In this document: positions 9,592 to 20,015 of the stretch, in pieces
Layout of the letters: the number at the start of each line of letters is the position of its first letter
Numbering within the stretch: position 1 is the stretch's first letter
Assembly (NCBI GenBank): GCA_004028745.1
Contig: RAZP01000035.1
Coordinates: 3,940-67,939 of the forward strand
From: Prosthecochloris sp.
GTDB taxonomy: Bacteria > Bacteroidota > Chlorobiia > Chlorobiales > Chlorobiaceae
Length of the DNA stretch: 64,000 nucleotides
Direction of reading: 5' to 3'
Notes under the pieces: model-generated
Told to the model about the DNA's origin: nothing
Database searches by the model: none
The model's input: the letters and a program-made list of their open reading frames with translations, nothing else
Position numbers and translations under genes: made by a program

Positions 9592-11640
9592 TTACTTTCT
9601 CGGCGTTACAATATTAAACCAGAAATCAAACTGATCCATCAAAAGGAACAGCTCTTCGACCTTCAGTTTACTTCCCTCGATCTTAAGGTTACCTGCTTTT
9701 CCTTCTTTTCTGAAAGAAGATTCTTTCAGGATAATCCTGTTTAAAGCATCGCGGGTTAGAGTAATCGTTGCATCTGCATTTTTAGCCTGTATACTGTCTG
9801 TGTGATTCAAAACAGCATTCTCCAGGGATAAAACATACGTTTCATTTGTGTCGGTAAATATCCAGTTGATAATGATTTTTTTGCCTTCAGCCTTAGGTCC
9901 GTTAAGCCGTACTCCTAAAAGGTCAAAAAACATACCAAGCGGCATAGCTTCAATAGCAGAAGGACTGGCTGATGTGGAGGCCACAACGGTTTTATCAACC
10001 CCCTTGCGTAATTCCTGGGCTCCGCTCAGGTAAAAGTTCCTCCAGGGGCCGGACTCTGCCTGGTATCCCAGCTGTTCAAGTGCATCTGCTTGAAGTTCAC
10101 GTGCTTCAGTATTGTGTGGGAATGCAAACACAACATGATTTACAACTTCGGCTACCCAGCGGTAATCACCTTTTGTATAAGCCTTGCGGGCCTTTGCGAT
10201 CACATTATCCGGGCCTCCCATAAATTCCACGTATCTTTTACTTGCTTCGACAGGGGGATAGGGATGAAGAGTGGCAGGGTTGCCATCGAACCAGCCGAGG
10301 TACTTAACGTAGGCTGCCTTGACATCATGGTTGATGGTACCGTAGTATCCGCGGCTTGCCCAGTTTTCTTCCAGACTTTTGGGCAGTTGGATCATTTCTG
10401 CAATCTCGGTCATGGTGTAACCATGGTTTGCAAGACGAAGCGTCTGGTCATTTATATACTTATACGTATCGCGCTGTTTTTTAAGATGATCCAGAACTCT
10501 CTCTTGACCCCATACCGGCCAGTGGTGCATGCCGTATAATACGTCTGATTTATCAGCCCAGCGCTTTATAGTTTCGTTAAGGTATTTAGCCCAGGCTAAA
10601 GGATCTCGAATTTGGGCACCACGAAGCGTGTAAACGTTATGTAAAGTGTGGCAGGCGTTTTCTGCAGCCGTAAGCGCGCGAAGCTCGGGAATATACCAAT
10701 GCATCTCAGTAGGCGCTTCGGTATCCGGCGCAACCAGAAACTCGAATGTAAGACCATCGAGCTTCATCACTTGTCCGGTCTTCTCGATAGTAACAGTTGG
10801 CGGTATGATGGTGACTGTCCCTTCTGACACTGTCATTCCAAGACCTGCTCCCACCTGTCCTTTTGGGCCTGCCGGCAGGAGATTGCCATACATATAGCTT
10901 GCCCTGCGGGTCATGACATTACCAGCCAGGACATTTTCGGTTAATGCTTTTTCAAGGAAGTTTATAGGTGCTATTATCTTTACTTTTCCCGACTCTACAT
11001 CCTCTTTTGATACAACTCCTTCCACCCCGCCATAATGATCTACGTGACTGTGAGAATGCATAACCGCTATGATCGGTTTTTGGGGCCGATGTTGATAGTA
11101 AAAATCAAGCGCTGCTTTTGCTGTCTCAGCCGAAATCAAGGGATCCACCACGATGATACCTGTATCACCTTCGATAATCGTCATGTTGGATAAGTCAAAG
11201 GTCCGAACCTGATATATCCTTTCGGTAACCTTGAAGAGACCGCATATCGCAACAAGCTGAGACTGTCTCCACAAGCTGGGATTAACAGTCCCCGGTGCAG
11301 GTTCATTTTCTTTGATGAATGAAAACGGTGTAAGGTTCCAGACGATATTACCGTTCTTATCGCGAATTATAAGCGTATCCGGCTTGGCGATTAAACCTCT
11401 TTTGGCATCTTCGAAATCCTGTTTGTCACTGAATGGCAATTCTTTGAGTAAGCGTGCATACAGCTTCTCTGTAAAGACAGTAGCGTCTTTAGGGGAGGCG
11501 TTTTTTTCAGGCATTGAGGTTGTTTCATGCCTGCCGCAGGAGAGTAAGGCAAAAGCTAAAGGAAGCAGTATAAAAACAACTATAATTAACCTTGTACTAA
11601 TAAATTGCTTTTCTCTCATTTTACTCTCCCATGATAACAT
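9592..11640 (-). CDS. alkyl/aryl sulfatase (SdsA1/BDS1-type metallo-beta-lactamase fold with SCP2 domain), probable lipoprotein
   Basis: VNPSLWRQ, HSHSHVDHYGG, HNVYTLRGAQIRD, HHWPVWG, WFDGNP; lipobox LLSC. Confidence 0.93.
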   Translation of the reverse strand: MLSWESKMREKQFISTRLIIVVFILLPLAFALLSCGRHETTSMPEKNASPKDATVFTEKLYARLLKELPFSDKQDFEDAKRGLIAKPDTLIIRDKNGNIVWNLTPFSFIKENEPAPGTVNPSLWRQSQLVAICGLFKVTERIYQVRTFDLSNMTIIEGDTGIIVVDPLISAETAKAALDFYYQHRPQKPIIAVMHSHSHVDHYGGVEGVVSKEDVESGKVKIIAPINFLEKALTENVLAGNVMTRRASYMYGNLLPAGPKGQVGAGLGMTVSEGTVTIIPPTVTIEKTGQVMKLDGLTFEFLVAPDTEAPTEMHWYIPELRALTAAENACHTLHNVYTLRGAQIRDPLAWAKYLNETIKRWADKSDVLYGMHHWPVWGQERVLDHLKKQRDTYKYINDQTLRLANHGYTMTEIAEMIQLPKSLEENWASRGYYGTINHDVKAAYVKYLGWFDGNPATLHPYPPVEASKRYVEFMGGPDNVIAKARKAYTKGDYRWVAEVVNHVVFAFPHNTEARELQADALEQLGYQAESGPWRNFYLSGAQELRKGVDKTVVASTSASPSAIEAMPLGMFFDLLGVRLNGPKAEGKKIIINWIFTDTNETYVLSLENAVLNHTDSIQAKNADATITLTRDALNRIILKESSFRKEGKAGNLKIEGSKLKVEELFLLMDQFDFWFNIVTPRK

Positions 11641-11685
11641 AGTGCAGGTACTTGCTTACACTACTTTGTTAGAGGTGCTCTTCAT

Positions 11686-12930
11686 TCATTTATAGGGATA
11701 TCTGGCTTTATCTTCCACAGGTTTGTGTGTTCTGAGAATGACATTTCCTCCTCGTACACACCTGACAAAATTCCCGGAGCGTACAGCATCACCCTGAGGG
11801 CCTCTGAACATTGGGGTGCCGACGACTTTAGGGTCGCTTCTCTGGGCGCCCGCTCCGTGGACATCCATGATTCTGCCATTCATTTTTCCTATAGCTCTTC
11901 CAAACGCGACATAGGCAGCACTTTCTCCGGGGTCCGGGCCATCTAAATGTGTGGTGGATGTCCAGAAGCATGGATAGTCTTTTGCCCCGGCTTCATTGAT
12001 AATGGATGTTGTTTGGAATACGGTATCAATAGCGGGAGAATCCGTCGCATCGGGTGAATGCGAGTAATCAACAATATACTGAAGTTCCTTGGCATCAGGC
12101 AGGCGCCAGTCATCATAACCGGCGTATTCAAGGGTTTCGCTGTATTCAAGAGCATCTTCCCAGTTCATCGGCTTTCCGCTGTCGGCTTTCATCCACATGA
12201 GCCCCGTTGCCCTGTCGGTGATTGTACCGTCACCGTTATCGACAAAATCATTGGCACCGTATGCGTTTCCACGGACATAACGAGCGTAGAACTTTTTTTC
12301 CCTGGATGATCCCGGTTTTTTATATCCGTATCCTTTTATCCTGCCATCGGCAAAATTAACCCCGAAAAGCGTTTCACTGCCGCCCATTGTCATGCTTGTA
12401 TATGTAGTAGTTGTCAGCCACTGTGCGTCTATATATCGTTCTCCTGCATCAACCTGACCATACTTGAAGTCAAAGTAATCCGTATTAATGAAAGGTATGG
12501 CGTTGTTCGGGATTGAAGACATGCCTCCAGCGGAAACACCCGTATATCCCCTGAAATCAATAAGGGAATACAGCTCTTTGATGCTCGGCACTCTCCAGTC
12601 GGAATACCCCCCAAGTTTCATCTCCCGTGCTATCTTTTCTGCCTCGACGAGAGACACTTTGTTGTCATCGACGGCTTTGGACCACATCAAGCCTGTATTA
12701 AGATCGGTAACGGTTTCGTTGCCATTATCCCTGTAGGACGGAGGGTTACTTACATATTGGGCATCTTGCCCATAAAAAGGCTCTTCCGCCCTGGGATATG
12801 ATATTGCGCGAGTATTGTCATAACATTGTACCTGACCGGTATCTACGATTACATTTTCCGCTGCCCTTGCCGGCAAAATGCTGCTGGCCAAGAAAGGTAA
12901 AAGGAATAAGACCATTTGTCTTTTAATCAT
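11686..12930 (-). CDS. secreted DUF1566 (Lcl C-terminal) domain protein, two domains
   Basis: DTGQVQCY; twice DNG.gTvTD..TGLMW and GY.DWR.P..KEL; C-terminal FVRCVRGG. Confidence 0.88.
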   Translation of the reverse strand: MIKRQMVLFLLPFLASSILPARAAENVIVDTGQVQCYDNTRAISYPRAEEPFYGQDAQYVSNPPSYRDNGNETVTDLNTGLMWSKAVDDNKVSLVEAEKIAREMKLGGYSDWRVPSIKELYSLIDFRGYTGVSAGGMSSIPNNAIPFINTDYFDFKYGQVDAGERYIDAQWLTTTTYTSMTMGGSETLFGVNFADGRIKGYGYKKPGSSREKKFYARYVRGNAYGANDFVDNGDGTITDRATGLMWMKADSGKPMNWEDALEYSETLEYAGYDDWRLPDAKELQYIVDYSHSPDATDSPAIDTVFQTTSIINEAGAKDYPCFWTSTTHLDGPDPGESAAYVAFGRAIGKMNGRIMDVHGAGAQRSDPKVVGTPMFRGPQGDAVRSGNFVRCVRGGNVILRTHKPVEDKARYPYK

Positions 12931-13121
12931 TTCTCTGCTCCTTTGTTTATCGGAGAGTTGTAAATCTAATCATGCATCAGACAGAGGGTGACAAGTGAAG
13001 TACAGTACACAGCGAGCGACTTGTACAAGATGTCCGAGGTTTTCCGTCCCCGGAACAAGAACCTCACGAGCATCACAGAGTTTCCTTGTGATGTCCCCGA
13101 ATTCAGGTCTCCCGCCGCAGC

Positions 13122-13862
13122 TTACTTAAAGGGTATGTCCGTATTGACCTTGGTTGCCTGATAAACCGCGGACATTTCGTCATATTGCTGCTTTAGCTTC
13201 TGGACCCGTGCAATAAAGCCTGCCTGGGTTTTCTCGTCGCATTTCTTCTTGATGAGCTGTACGATATCATAGCTCGTCCAGAAGGAGTTCTTTTTTACGT
13301 AGTCGCCGTCTGGTAATTTGTATATGTCCTTCATCTGTTGGAGGTCGTACGGGATATTAAACGTTTGGCGGCTATCTTCGTAACTAAAGAGGTAAAAGAT
13401 GGTGTCGTACCCTCCCCAGGTTATGGCTGACAGACACATCGGGCAAGGCTCATGTGTGGCAATGAAGAAACACTCTTTCGGCTGTGGTCGTGCAGCCCTT
13501 TCATAGAGTTTCTTTATCGTGTAGACCTCTCCGTGCCACAAAGGGCATTCCGACTCGTGGTTGGTCCCGGCTATGACGAGAGAAAGATCATTCTTCTCCA
13601 TAACGGCAGCTCCAAAGACCTTGTTCCCTTTTTTGACGCCTTCTTGCGTGAGGGGAACGATGTCCTTTTCGATGGCCGTAAGAAGCGCATCGATGAGCTT
13701 GGCGTTACAGCCGGTTTCATTTACCAATGGGACCATGCTTTTCTTTGACATGTCCTCCCCTTGAGCCGGAAGATGGAAGAGATAAATGAAGCCAGCAATG
13801 AGGGCGATATTTACGAGCAACTGACGTGCTTCTCCGATCTTTTTCATGTTGGTCCTCCACAT
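13122..13862 (-). CDS. nucleoside/guanine deaminase-like protein (cytidine deaminase superfamily) with N-terminal signal-like segment
   Basis: GNKVFGAA, PLWHGE, HEPCPMCLSAI zinc motifs. Confidence 0.85.
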   Translation of the reverse strand: MWRTNMKKIGEARQLLVNIALIAGFIYLFHLPAQGEDMSKKSMVPLVNETGCNAKLIDALLTAIEKDIVPLTQEGVKKGNKVFGAAVMEKNDLSLVIAGTNHESECPLWHGEVYTIKKLYERAARPQPKECFFIATHEPCPMCLSAITWGGYDTIFYLFSYEDSRQTFNIPYDLQQMKDIYKLPDGDYVKKNSFWTSYDIVQLIKKKCDEKTQAGFIARVQKLKQQYDEMSAVYQATKVNTDIPFK

Positions 13863-14236
13863 ATGCTGTTTGGTTGAAAGGGGACAGGGTCAGTCTACGG
13901 GAATCTACGGCATTTTCACGTGGCTCGTCCCGGTCTAATGGTTTTATAACGCATTACAGGCCATGGTGAGTACTACCTTTATTGCAGCCATTAAGAAGTA
14001 ATTTAATAGAAAGAATAAAACTTTCTCTGAAGAAACCGCTATTCAGTGGCGTAAAATTTCTCTATGATCTCTGTTTTGATAGGAAATTAACTTTTGGACT
14101 TTATTCTCGGAGAAAGTCTGCTCGGGAAAAGTTTTTCAGGAAAGGATAAACGTTATTTCCGCTTCACTGCTCAACTTCCATCTGCGCAATGAAATGGTCA
14201 GGGTGTACCGTACATTAAGGAAATGCGCTAAAGCTT

Positions 14237-14914
14237 GTGGAATTAAAAAATGTGGTTCCCTGGGGGCGTTCGTTTGATGAGTATAGGGACATGTTCCTGC
14301 TGACGGATGCTGATCTTCAGGAGACAATACTTGGATGCGGGGACGGTCCTGCCTCCTTCAACGCCGAACTGGCAAAAGCCGGCGGAAACGTCGTCTCGGC
14401 AGACCCCGTCTACCGGTTTACCGCCGATCAGATCCGTTCACGGGTACGCGAGGTTTACCCTGAGATCATGTCCGAAGTTGCAAAAAATCCCGACGATTAC
14501 ATTTGGGACTCCATACGTGATGTAGAGCATCTCGGTCAGGTCAGGATGGAGGCGATGGAGCTGTTTTTCGATGATTACGAGCAGGGAAAACAAGCGGGCA
14601 GGTATATCAACGCCTCATTGCCGAAGCTTCCTTTCGAAGACAAAACCTTCCGCCTCGCCTTGTGCTCGCATTATCTTTTTCTCTACAGCGAGCATGTAAG
14701 TCTCGAACAACATATCCTTTCGATGAAAGAACTCTGCCGTGTGGCTCATGAGGTCAGGGTATATCCCCTCGTAACCCTCGACGGCTCCCGATCACAACAC
14801 ATCGACCCTGTTGTAGCATCACTCGCCGATGATGGGATCGGCGTTTCTTTTCAGAAAGTGAGATACCGTTTTCAGAAAGGGGCGGATGAGGTGCTCGTTT
14901 TGAGGTATCTTTAA
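14237..14914 (+). CDS. class I SAM-dependent methyltransferase-like protein
   Basis: ILGCGDGPASF, LPFEDKTFRLALCSHYLFLY, EVRVYPL. Confidence 0.8.
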   Translation: MELKNVVPWGRSFDEYRDMFLLTDADLQETILGCGDGPASFNAELAKAGGNVVSADPVYRFTADQIRSRVREVYPEIMSEVAKNPDDYIWDSIRDVEHLGQVRMEAMELFFDDYEQGKQAGRYINASLPKLPFEDKTFRLALCSHYLFLYSEHVSLEQHILSMKELCRVAHEVRVYPLVTLDGSRSQHIDPVVASLADDGIGVSFQKVRYRFQKGADEVLVLRYL

Positions 14915-15244
14915 ATGCAGCTTTGCCGTGTTGGTTGGCGGTTAATATAGGGGGTATCCGTATTCTAAATAATATACTGTGCCACGAAATGGGACTTTGT
15001 GCACTGGATATTTGCTTCATGTGATGACCTTGGGGGAGGGGCTCAAGCCGATCTATTGCATATAGGATAGCCCCTCTTCATCCTACTATTTTAAAGAAAA
15101 GGATAGTAATTGCAGGCATGGGTTCTGGATTTTGGTTGAGCGCCGAGGAGAATGGCCGTATATTTTGATGTATTGTGGAGGGCTGTTATTTCAAGGCCGA
15201 TGAGTTATGTCAGGTGAGTAATTATTCGGCATAAGGGGAAATAA

Positions 15245-15853
15245 ATGAATGTATCCGTTATACTTGCGCATCCATATGAGAAAAGCTTCAATCATGCGAT
15301 ATATGATAAGGTGATCAATACATTGGAAGAATCAGGCGTGGACGGATTCTTTCATGATCTCTATAAAGAGCGATTTGATCCTGTTTTGTCAAAAAATGAG
15401 TTGGGAAAGCTTCCTGCCAAGGATAAGCTTGTCAGAACATATGCAAAGGAGCTCGTTACATCTGATGTTCTGGTATTTATACATCCGAACTGGTGGGGAC
15501 AGCCGCCGGCAATTCTTAAAGGATACATAGATAGAGTGATCAGGCCGCCGTATGCATACGACTTTCCGGAAAACGATGCGGGCGGCGGTTTACCGATTGA
15601 GAAACTGAAAGGGAAGATTGGTGTCGTTTTCAATACTTCCAATACAGAAGAACTAAGGGAGAACGAGTACTTCAGGGATCCGCTGTCAAGTATATGGGAG
15701 AAATGTGTTTTTGGCTTTTGCGGAATAGAGGAAACACACCGGGTGATGTTTAGGGTGGTAGCGGACAGCACAGAGGAAGTTAGAGAAAAATGGCTTGAAG
15801 AAGTGGAAGTGTTAATGAAAAAAATAGTAGCCAGGAATGAGGGACGTTCATAA
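15245..15853 (+). CDS. NAD(P)H-dependent oxidoreductase (flavodoxin-2 family)
   Basis: ILAHP..SFNHAI, HDLY, HPNWWGQPPAILKGYIDRV. Confidence 0.9.
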   Translation: MNVSVILAHPYEKSFNHAIYDKVINTLEESGVDGFFHDLYKERFDPVLSKNELGKLPAKDKLVRTYAKELVTSDVLVFIHPNWWGQPPAILKGYIDRVIRPPYAYDFPENDAGGGLPIEKLKGKIGVVFNTSNTEELRENEYFRDPLSSIWEKCVFGFCGIEETHRVMFRVVADSTEEVREKWLEEVEVLMKKIVARNEGRS

Positions 15854-16089
15854 CTATTTCAACTTATTTGCGCTAAAGATAAATGAAGATAACAGTAAAC
15901 TGAGGATGATATGCTTGTCGGTCACAAGCATTATTATTTGTCAAAGATACGAGTTCAAGAGTGACGTTATATGCCGATGATGGAATTGACGTTTCGTTTC
16001 ACAAGGTGTGGTGCCGCTTCTAGAAGGGGGCTGATGAGATGACGTGGCGAGAAATGCATGAGCAAGGATTGCAAAGTCTAAAAAGATTT

Positions 16090-16164
16090 ATGAAAGGGAA
16101 AATAAAATACACGGATGAACCTATGGGCAGGGTGAAGGTTGTTGAGGATTTTCTTCCTTCCCCT
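16090..16164 (+). pseudogene. 5' remnant of a CopG-like antitoxin
   Basis: MKGKIKYTDEPMGRVKVVEDFLPSP nearly identical to the start of 33923-34159; homology then stops. Confidence 0.75.
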
Positions 16165-16420
16165 TTAGCAGGTTCTCTATGCGTTCAATTCAGGGAATTC
16201 GAAATTTCGAAAAAGCAGGAAAATAAGAGTTAAGTAAACTTATGCGTATGCTGCATAAGTATGTTAATAGGTTACAAATAAAGCAGATGAATCCGTGCTT
16301 TTGTTTGAGGGTAATGCAAAAACACAGTATATTTTTAAAGATTCTGTGGAAAATATCTACTACAGATAATAAATGATGTTAGGTGCAAAATGATTCAGTA
16401 ACCAACAATCGAAAAAAGCC

Positions 16421-16774
16421 ATGAATGAAGCAATAGTACAAGAAAAGCCAACCACTGAGGGTACGGCAAAAATCGTCTACATACTCTATCTTGCAGGACT
16501 CGTATTTGGTGTTACAGGGATAATTGGTGTTGTCATGGCGTACATCAATAAAGACGATGCTCCAGACTGGTTAAAAAGTCACTACCAATTCCAAATCAGA
16601 ACGTTCTGGATAGGATTTCTTTACGTGCTCATAGGTATAATACTCTCTTTTATCTTTATCGGAATTCTGGTACTTATATTCTGGGTGGTTTGGTTGATTG
16701 TTCGCTGCGTTAATGGCATAAAGTTTCTCGACCAAAAAGAAGCTCCTCCAAACCCGACAGGATGGATGTTCTAA
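16421..16774 (+). CDS. DUF4870-like membrane protein
   Basis: IVYILY..IIGVVMAY..SHYQFQIRTFWIG..WLIVRCVNG. Confidence 0.8.
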   Translation: MNEAIVQEKPTTEGTAKIVYILYLAGLVFGVTGIIGVVMAYINKDDAPDWLKSHYQFQIRTFWIGFLYVLIGIILSFIFIGILVLIFWVVWLIVRCVNGIKFLDQKEAPPNPTGWMF

Positions 16775-16981
16775 AAGCACCACTTCGCTCTGCTTTTTCG
16801 ATCGACTGATGTGTAGCGTCGGCCATGCTGAACCGTATTTAGCCGTTTGCCAGACACTGGTTGACCGGTCGTGATTGCAGAGTGCCCGTGTTTGGGTCGA
16901 GACAAAGTTCATTCGGGCATGACTTTGCTGGTTGGCCTTGGTGCTCAGTCGTCCTTGCTTTTAACGATTCAACATCTCCTC

Positions 16982-17836
16982 TCAGTACACTTTCCTCACA
17001 AACAGCTCAGGATCAACGCTCGTACCGTAGAGGTAGGTGCCCCAATGGAGGTGCGGGCCGGTGGAGATGCCGGTGCTGCCGACGGTGCCTATGGTATCGC
17101 CTTTGCTTACCATATTCCCCTCCTCGACGCTGATTGAATGGAGGTGCATGTAGATCGAGGTCAGGCCTTGGCCGTGGTCGATGATGACGGTGTTGCCGTG
17201 CACATGAAACCGGTTGGATTCATAGCCGGTAAGCACCACTTTTCCCCTTGCGGGGCTTTTGACAGGAGTTCCTTGAGGGACGGCAATATCGAGACCTTTA
17301 TGGTAGCTCGATACCGGTGCACCGTTGTAGGAGCGTTTCACACCGAAAGGGCTGGATTTTCTACCGTTACAGGGATAGCTTAAGAGTTCCGACCAGAGCT
17401 TGATGCTGCTTAGCGTTCGAAGCCCCCGTTTAACTTTTGCTTTTTCTTCTTCCGTCGCTTTCAGTCTGTTGGTCTTCTCATCAAGCCAGATCTTCTGAAC
17501 AGGCAGGTTGTTAGAGGCAACCTGTACAGGAATTTTTTCTTTCCACTCCCCGGCCTTGGCAAGCACGGCATAGCTGCCCGGTTTCAAAAGGTTTTCGACC
17601 GGAACCAGTGCCCGGTAACTGCCGTTATCCTGCCGGAACATGGAAAAATGTTCGCCGTTGAACCAGAGATCGGGTATGGTTGAAGTGCCGGAAACCGTTG
17701 CAACAAAAAATTCACCCTGTTTTTTTGTGACGGCGTCGAGAGTGAGATCGGGGTTTGTGCCGCCTGAGGCTTCCACTTGTGTGCCCGCAAACAGGCAGAA
17801 CAGCAGGAGGGATAAACTTTTCAGAGCTTGCTTCAT
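16982..17836 (-). CDS. M23 family metallopeptidase
   Basis: HKGLDIA, GNTVIIDHG, YMHL, STGPHLHWG; signal peptide. Confidence 0.92.
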   Translation of the reverse strand: MKQALKSLSLLLFCLFAGTQVEASGGTNPDLTLDAVTKKQGEFFVATVSGTSTIPDLWFNGEHFSMFRQDNGSYRALVPVENLLKPGSYAVLAKAGEWKEKIPVQVASNNLPVQKIWLDEKTNRLKATEEEKAKVKRGLRTLSSIKLWSELLSYPCNGRKSSPFGVKRSYNGAPVSSYHKGLDIAVPQGTPVKSPARGKVVLTGYESNRFHVHGNTVIIDHGQGLTSIYMHLHSISVEEGNMVSKGDTIGTVGSTGISTGPHLHWGTYLYGTSVDPELFVRKVY

Positions 17837-17842
17837 TGACGG

Positions 17843-18661
17843 TTAGCCTATCTTCAGCTTATGCAGCTCGTTCAGGTTCTGATCGTATATTGTTAGTAAT
17901 GCATTATCGAGCTCGATCATTCCGCAGGAGTAGTATGGCGGTTCGTTGCGCTTGAGGAAAGGAGCCATGGTTATGAAGTGAATACCGTACCGTTTGAAAT
18001 ATGCGCTACGGTGCAGGTGACCCGTAAAACAGGCAATGATGTTGTCATAACGGCGCAGCAGCTCCGTTACTTCGTCGTGGTTCCATAAAAGGCCGTGTGG
18101 CTCGTCGGAGGTTTCTTTCAGCAAGGGGAAGTGGCAGAATATGATAACCCTTTCTCCCGATTCACGTGCTTCGTCAAGCTGCTGTTCGAGCCAGTGAATC
18201 TGTTTCTCCCCGATAGCTCCACAGTAAAGGTTTGCCCAGGGATCATGGTTCAGGAGGTTTTTTCTCGCCTTATCGGGAGCGGATTCCGGTTTTGATTCCG
18301 GGTTGATGTCCATACCGTGCAGTACGATGAAACGTATACCGTTTGTGCTGAAGGTGTAGTAGGGTGATGCAAGGCCGGTTTCTGCTAGGTAACGGTCAAG
18401 AGGGGCGCCCAGACAATGGTTTCCTGCAACATGATAAAGTGGTCCGGGATATTCGCGGAGAACGGCGGTAGCACTCTCGAGGTTTTCTTCGGCTTCCGGA
18501 CCTTTTCCGTCAATGAGGTCGCCAAGCTGAACGGCGAATGCCGACCCGTTGTTCTCCCAGAACTCGAAACAACCGTGCAGGTCTTTTTTTTCCACGGCAC
18601 GGTCGCCGTTACCGTAATGGATGTCGGTAATAATGCCGAACCTGAGCAAACCGTTTACCAT
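17843..18661 (-). CDS. calcineurin-like metallophosphoesterase
   Basis: TDIHY, LGDLIDG, AGNHC, CHFP, TGHLH. Confidence 0.9.
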   Translation of the reverse strand: MVNGLLRFGIITDIHYGNGDRAVEKKDLHGCFEFWENNGSAFAVQLGDLIDGKGPEAEENLESATAVLREYPGPLYHVAGNHCLGAPLDRYLAETGLASPYYTFSTNGIRFIVLHGMDINPESKPESAPDKARKNLLNHDPWANLYCGAIGEKQIHWLEQQLDEARESGERVIIFCHFPLLKETSDEPHGLLWNHDEVTELLRRYDNIIACFTGHLHRSAYFKRYGIHFITMAPFLKRNEPPYYSCGMIELDNALLTIYDQNLNELHKLKIG

Positions 18662-18696
18662 TGTTTACTGTTGTTGTGCATGTCTGGGCAAGCCCA

Positions 18697-19792
18697 TCAG
18701 TTGCTGAATTCCGACAGAAACTTCTCCATAAAGTCGTCAATGTCACCGTCAAGAACGGTTTCTATGTCGTGGCGTTCATGGTTTGTCCTGTGATCCTTGA
18801 TTCTCCGGTCATCCATGACGTAACTGCGAATCTGGCTGCCCCACTCGATTTTCTTTTTTTTGCCTTCGACTTCCTGCTTTCTTGCCTCTTCTTCCTCACG
18901 CTGTTTTTGATAAAGCTGTGCGCGAAGCATTTTCATGGCGCGTTCCCGGTTCTGGAACTGTGAACGTTCCTGCTGACAGGAGACGACGATACCTGAAGGA
19001 ACGTGCTTGATGCGTACCGCGGTTTCAACCTTGTTGACGTTCTGACCGCCTTTGCCTCCGCTTCGGAACGTAGAGAGCTCGAGGTCTTCCTTGCGGATGT
19101 CGATCTCGGCGTCAGGCGGTGCTTCCGGATAGGTGAAAACACTGGCAAATGAGGTGTGGCGGCGGGCATTCGAGTCGAACGGTGATACCCGCACCAGACG
19201 ATGCACGCCGTTCTCGGCCTTCAGGTAACCGTAAGCATAGGGCCCTTGGATTTCAAGTGTTGCGGTTTTGATACCGGCACCTTCGCCTTCCTGATAGTCG
19301 TCGGTATAAACCTTGAATCCTTTGCGCTCCGCCCATCGCATGTACATCCTGTAGAGCATTTCAGCCCAGTCCTGCGCTTCGGTTCCACCAGCGCCAGCAT
19401 GGATGGAAATCAGGGCGTTGCCCGGATCGTCCTTGCCGGAAAGCATGTTCCTGAACTCGATAGCCGTGATTTCCTGCTCTATGGAGCTGATGCGCGAATC
19501 TATCTCCTCTGCAAGAGATTCTTCTCCCAGTTCCTCGGCAATCTCCAGCTCTTCTTTCAGTTCATTGCTGTCTTTTTCGAGCTTTTGAAACCCTTCGGTC
19601 CAAACCTTATGCTCATTGATCTCTGCAAGAATTTTTTGGGCATCCTGCTGGTTCTCCCAGAAGTTTTCTTCTGCGGTGATCTGTTCGAGTTCCCCTATTT
19701 TTTTCAGTCGTTCATCGACGTCAAAGATACCCCCGTAACTGTTCTATGCGGTGGTGTATCTCGTGCAGACGTTCTTTTTCCGGTTCAAACAT
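18697..19792 (-). CDS. prfB: peptide chain release factor 2, programmed +1 frameshift
   Basis: ATG 19792, 23 codons ending ..RGYL, then CTT TGA C with upstream GGGGGT; SPF and GGQ motifs in the shifted frame. Confidence 0.97.
19720..19734 (-). promoter_or_regulatory. RF2 autoregulatory frameshift site
   Basis: Minus-strand GGGGGTATCTTTGAC. Confidence 0.95.
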
Positions 19793-20015
19793 GTCTTATA
19801 TCTCCTGATGATTGGTGCCTTTGAAAAGCATTTTCCAATTATTTCAATCTACTACGTGCTCTTGTCAAGAGTAGAAAAAGGGCTATGAGAATAATGATTC
19901 AATCTATCCTTCTGTGGCCTGTTCTTTCAATCCTAAAAAATCATTTTTTTCACATAATGCAAATGCAACTTTTCCCTATTTTGCATCAGTTTACAACAGA
20001 TATACCCTTTTTGCA

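Noticed and set aside
11686-12930. DUF1566 gene as a diversity-generating retroelement target
   Set aside because: No reverse transcriptase and no adenine-variant template repeat were seen in the window.
14237-16800. Integron cassette array (GTTATGT, TCATAAC and GTTAGGT near gene ends)
   Set aside because: No complete attC palindromes could be built and there is no integron integrase; isolated 7-mers are expected by chance.
18697-19446. Truncated release factor or pseudogene
   Set aside because: It is explained by the programmed prfB frameshift.
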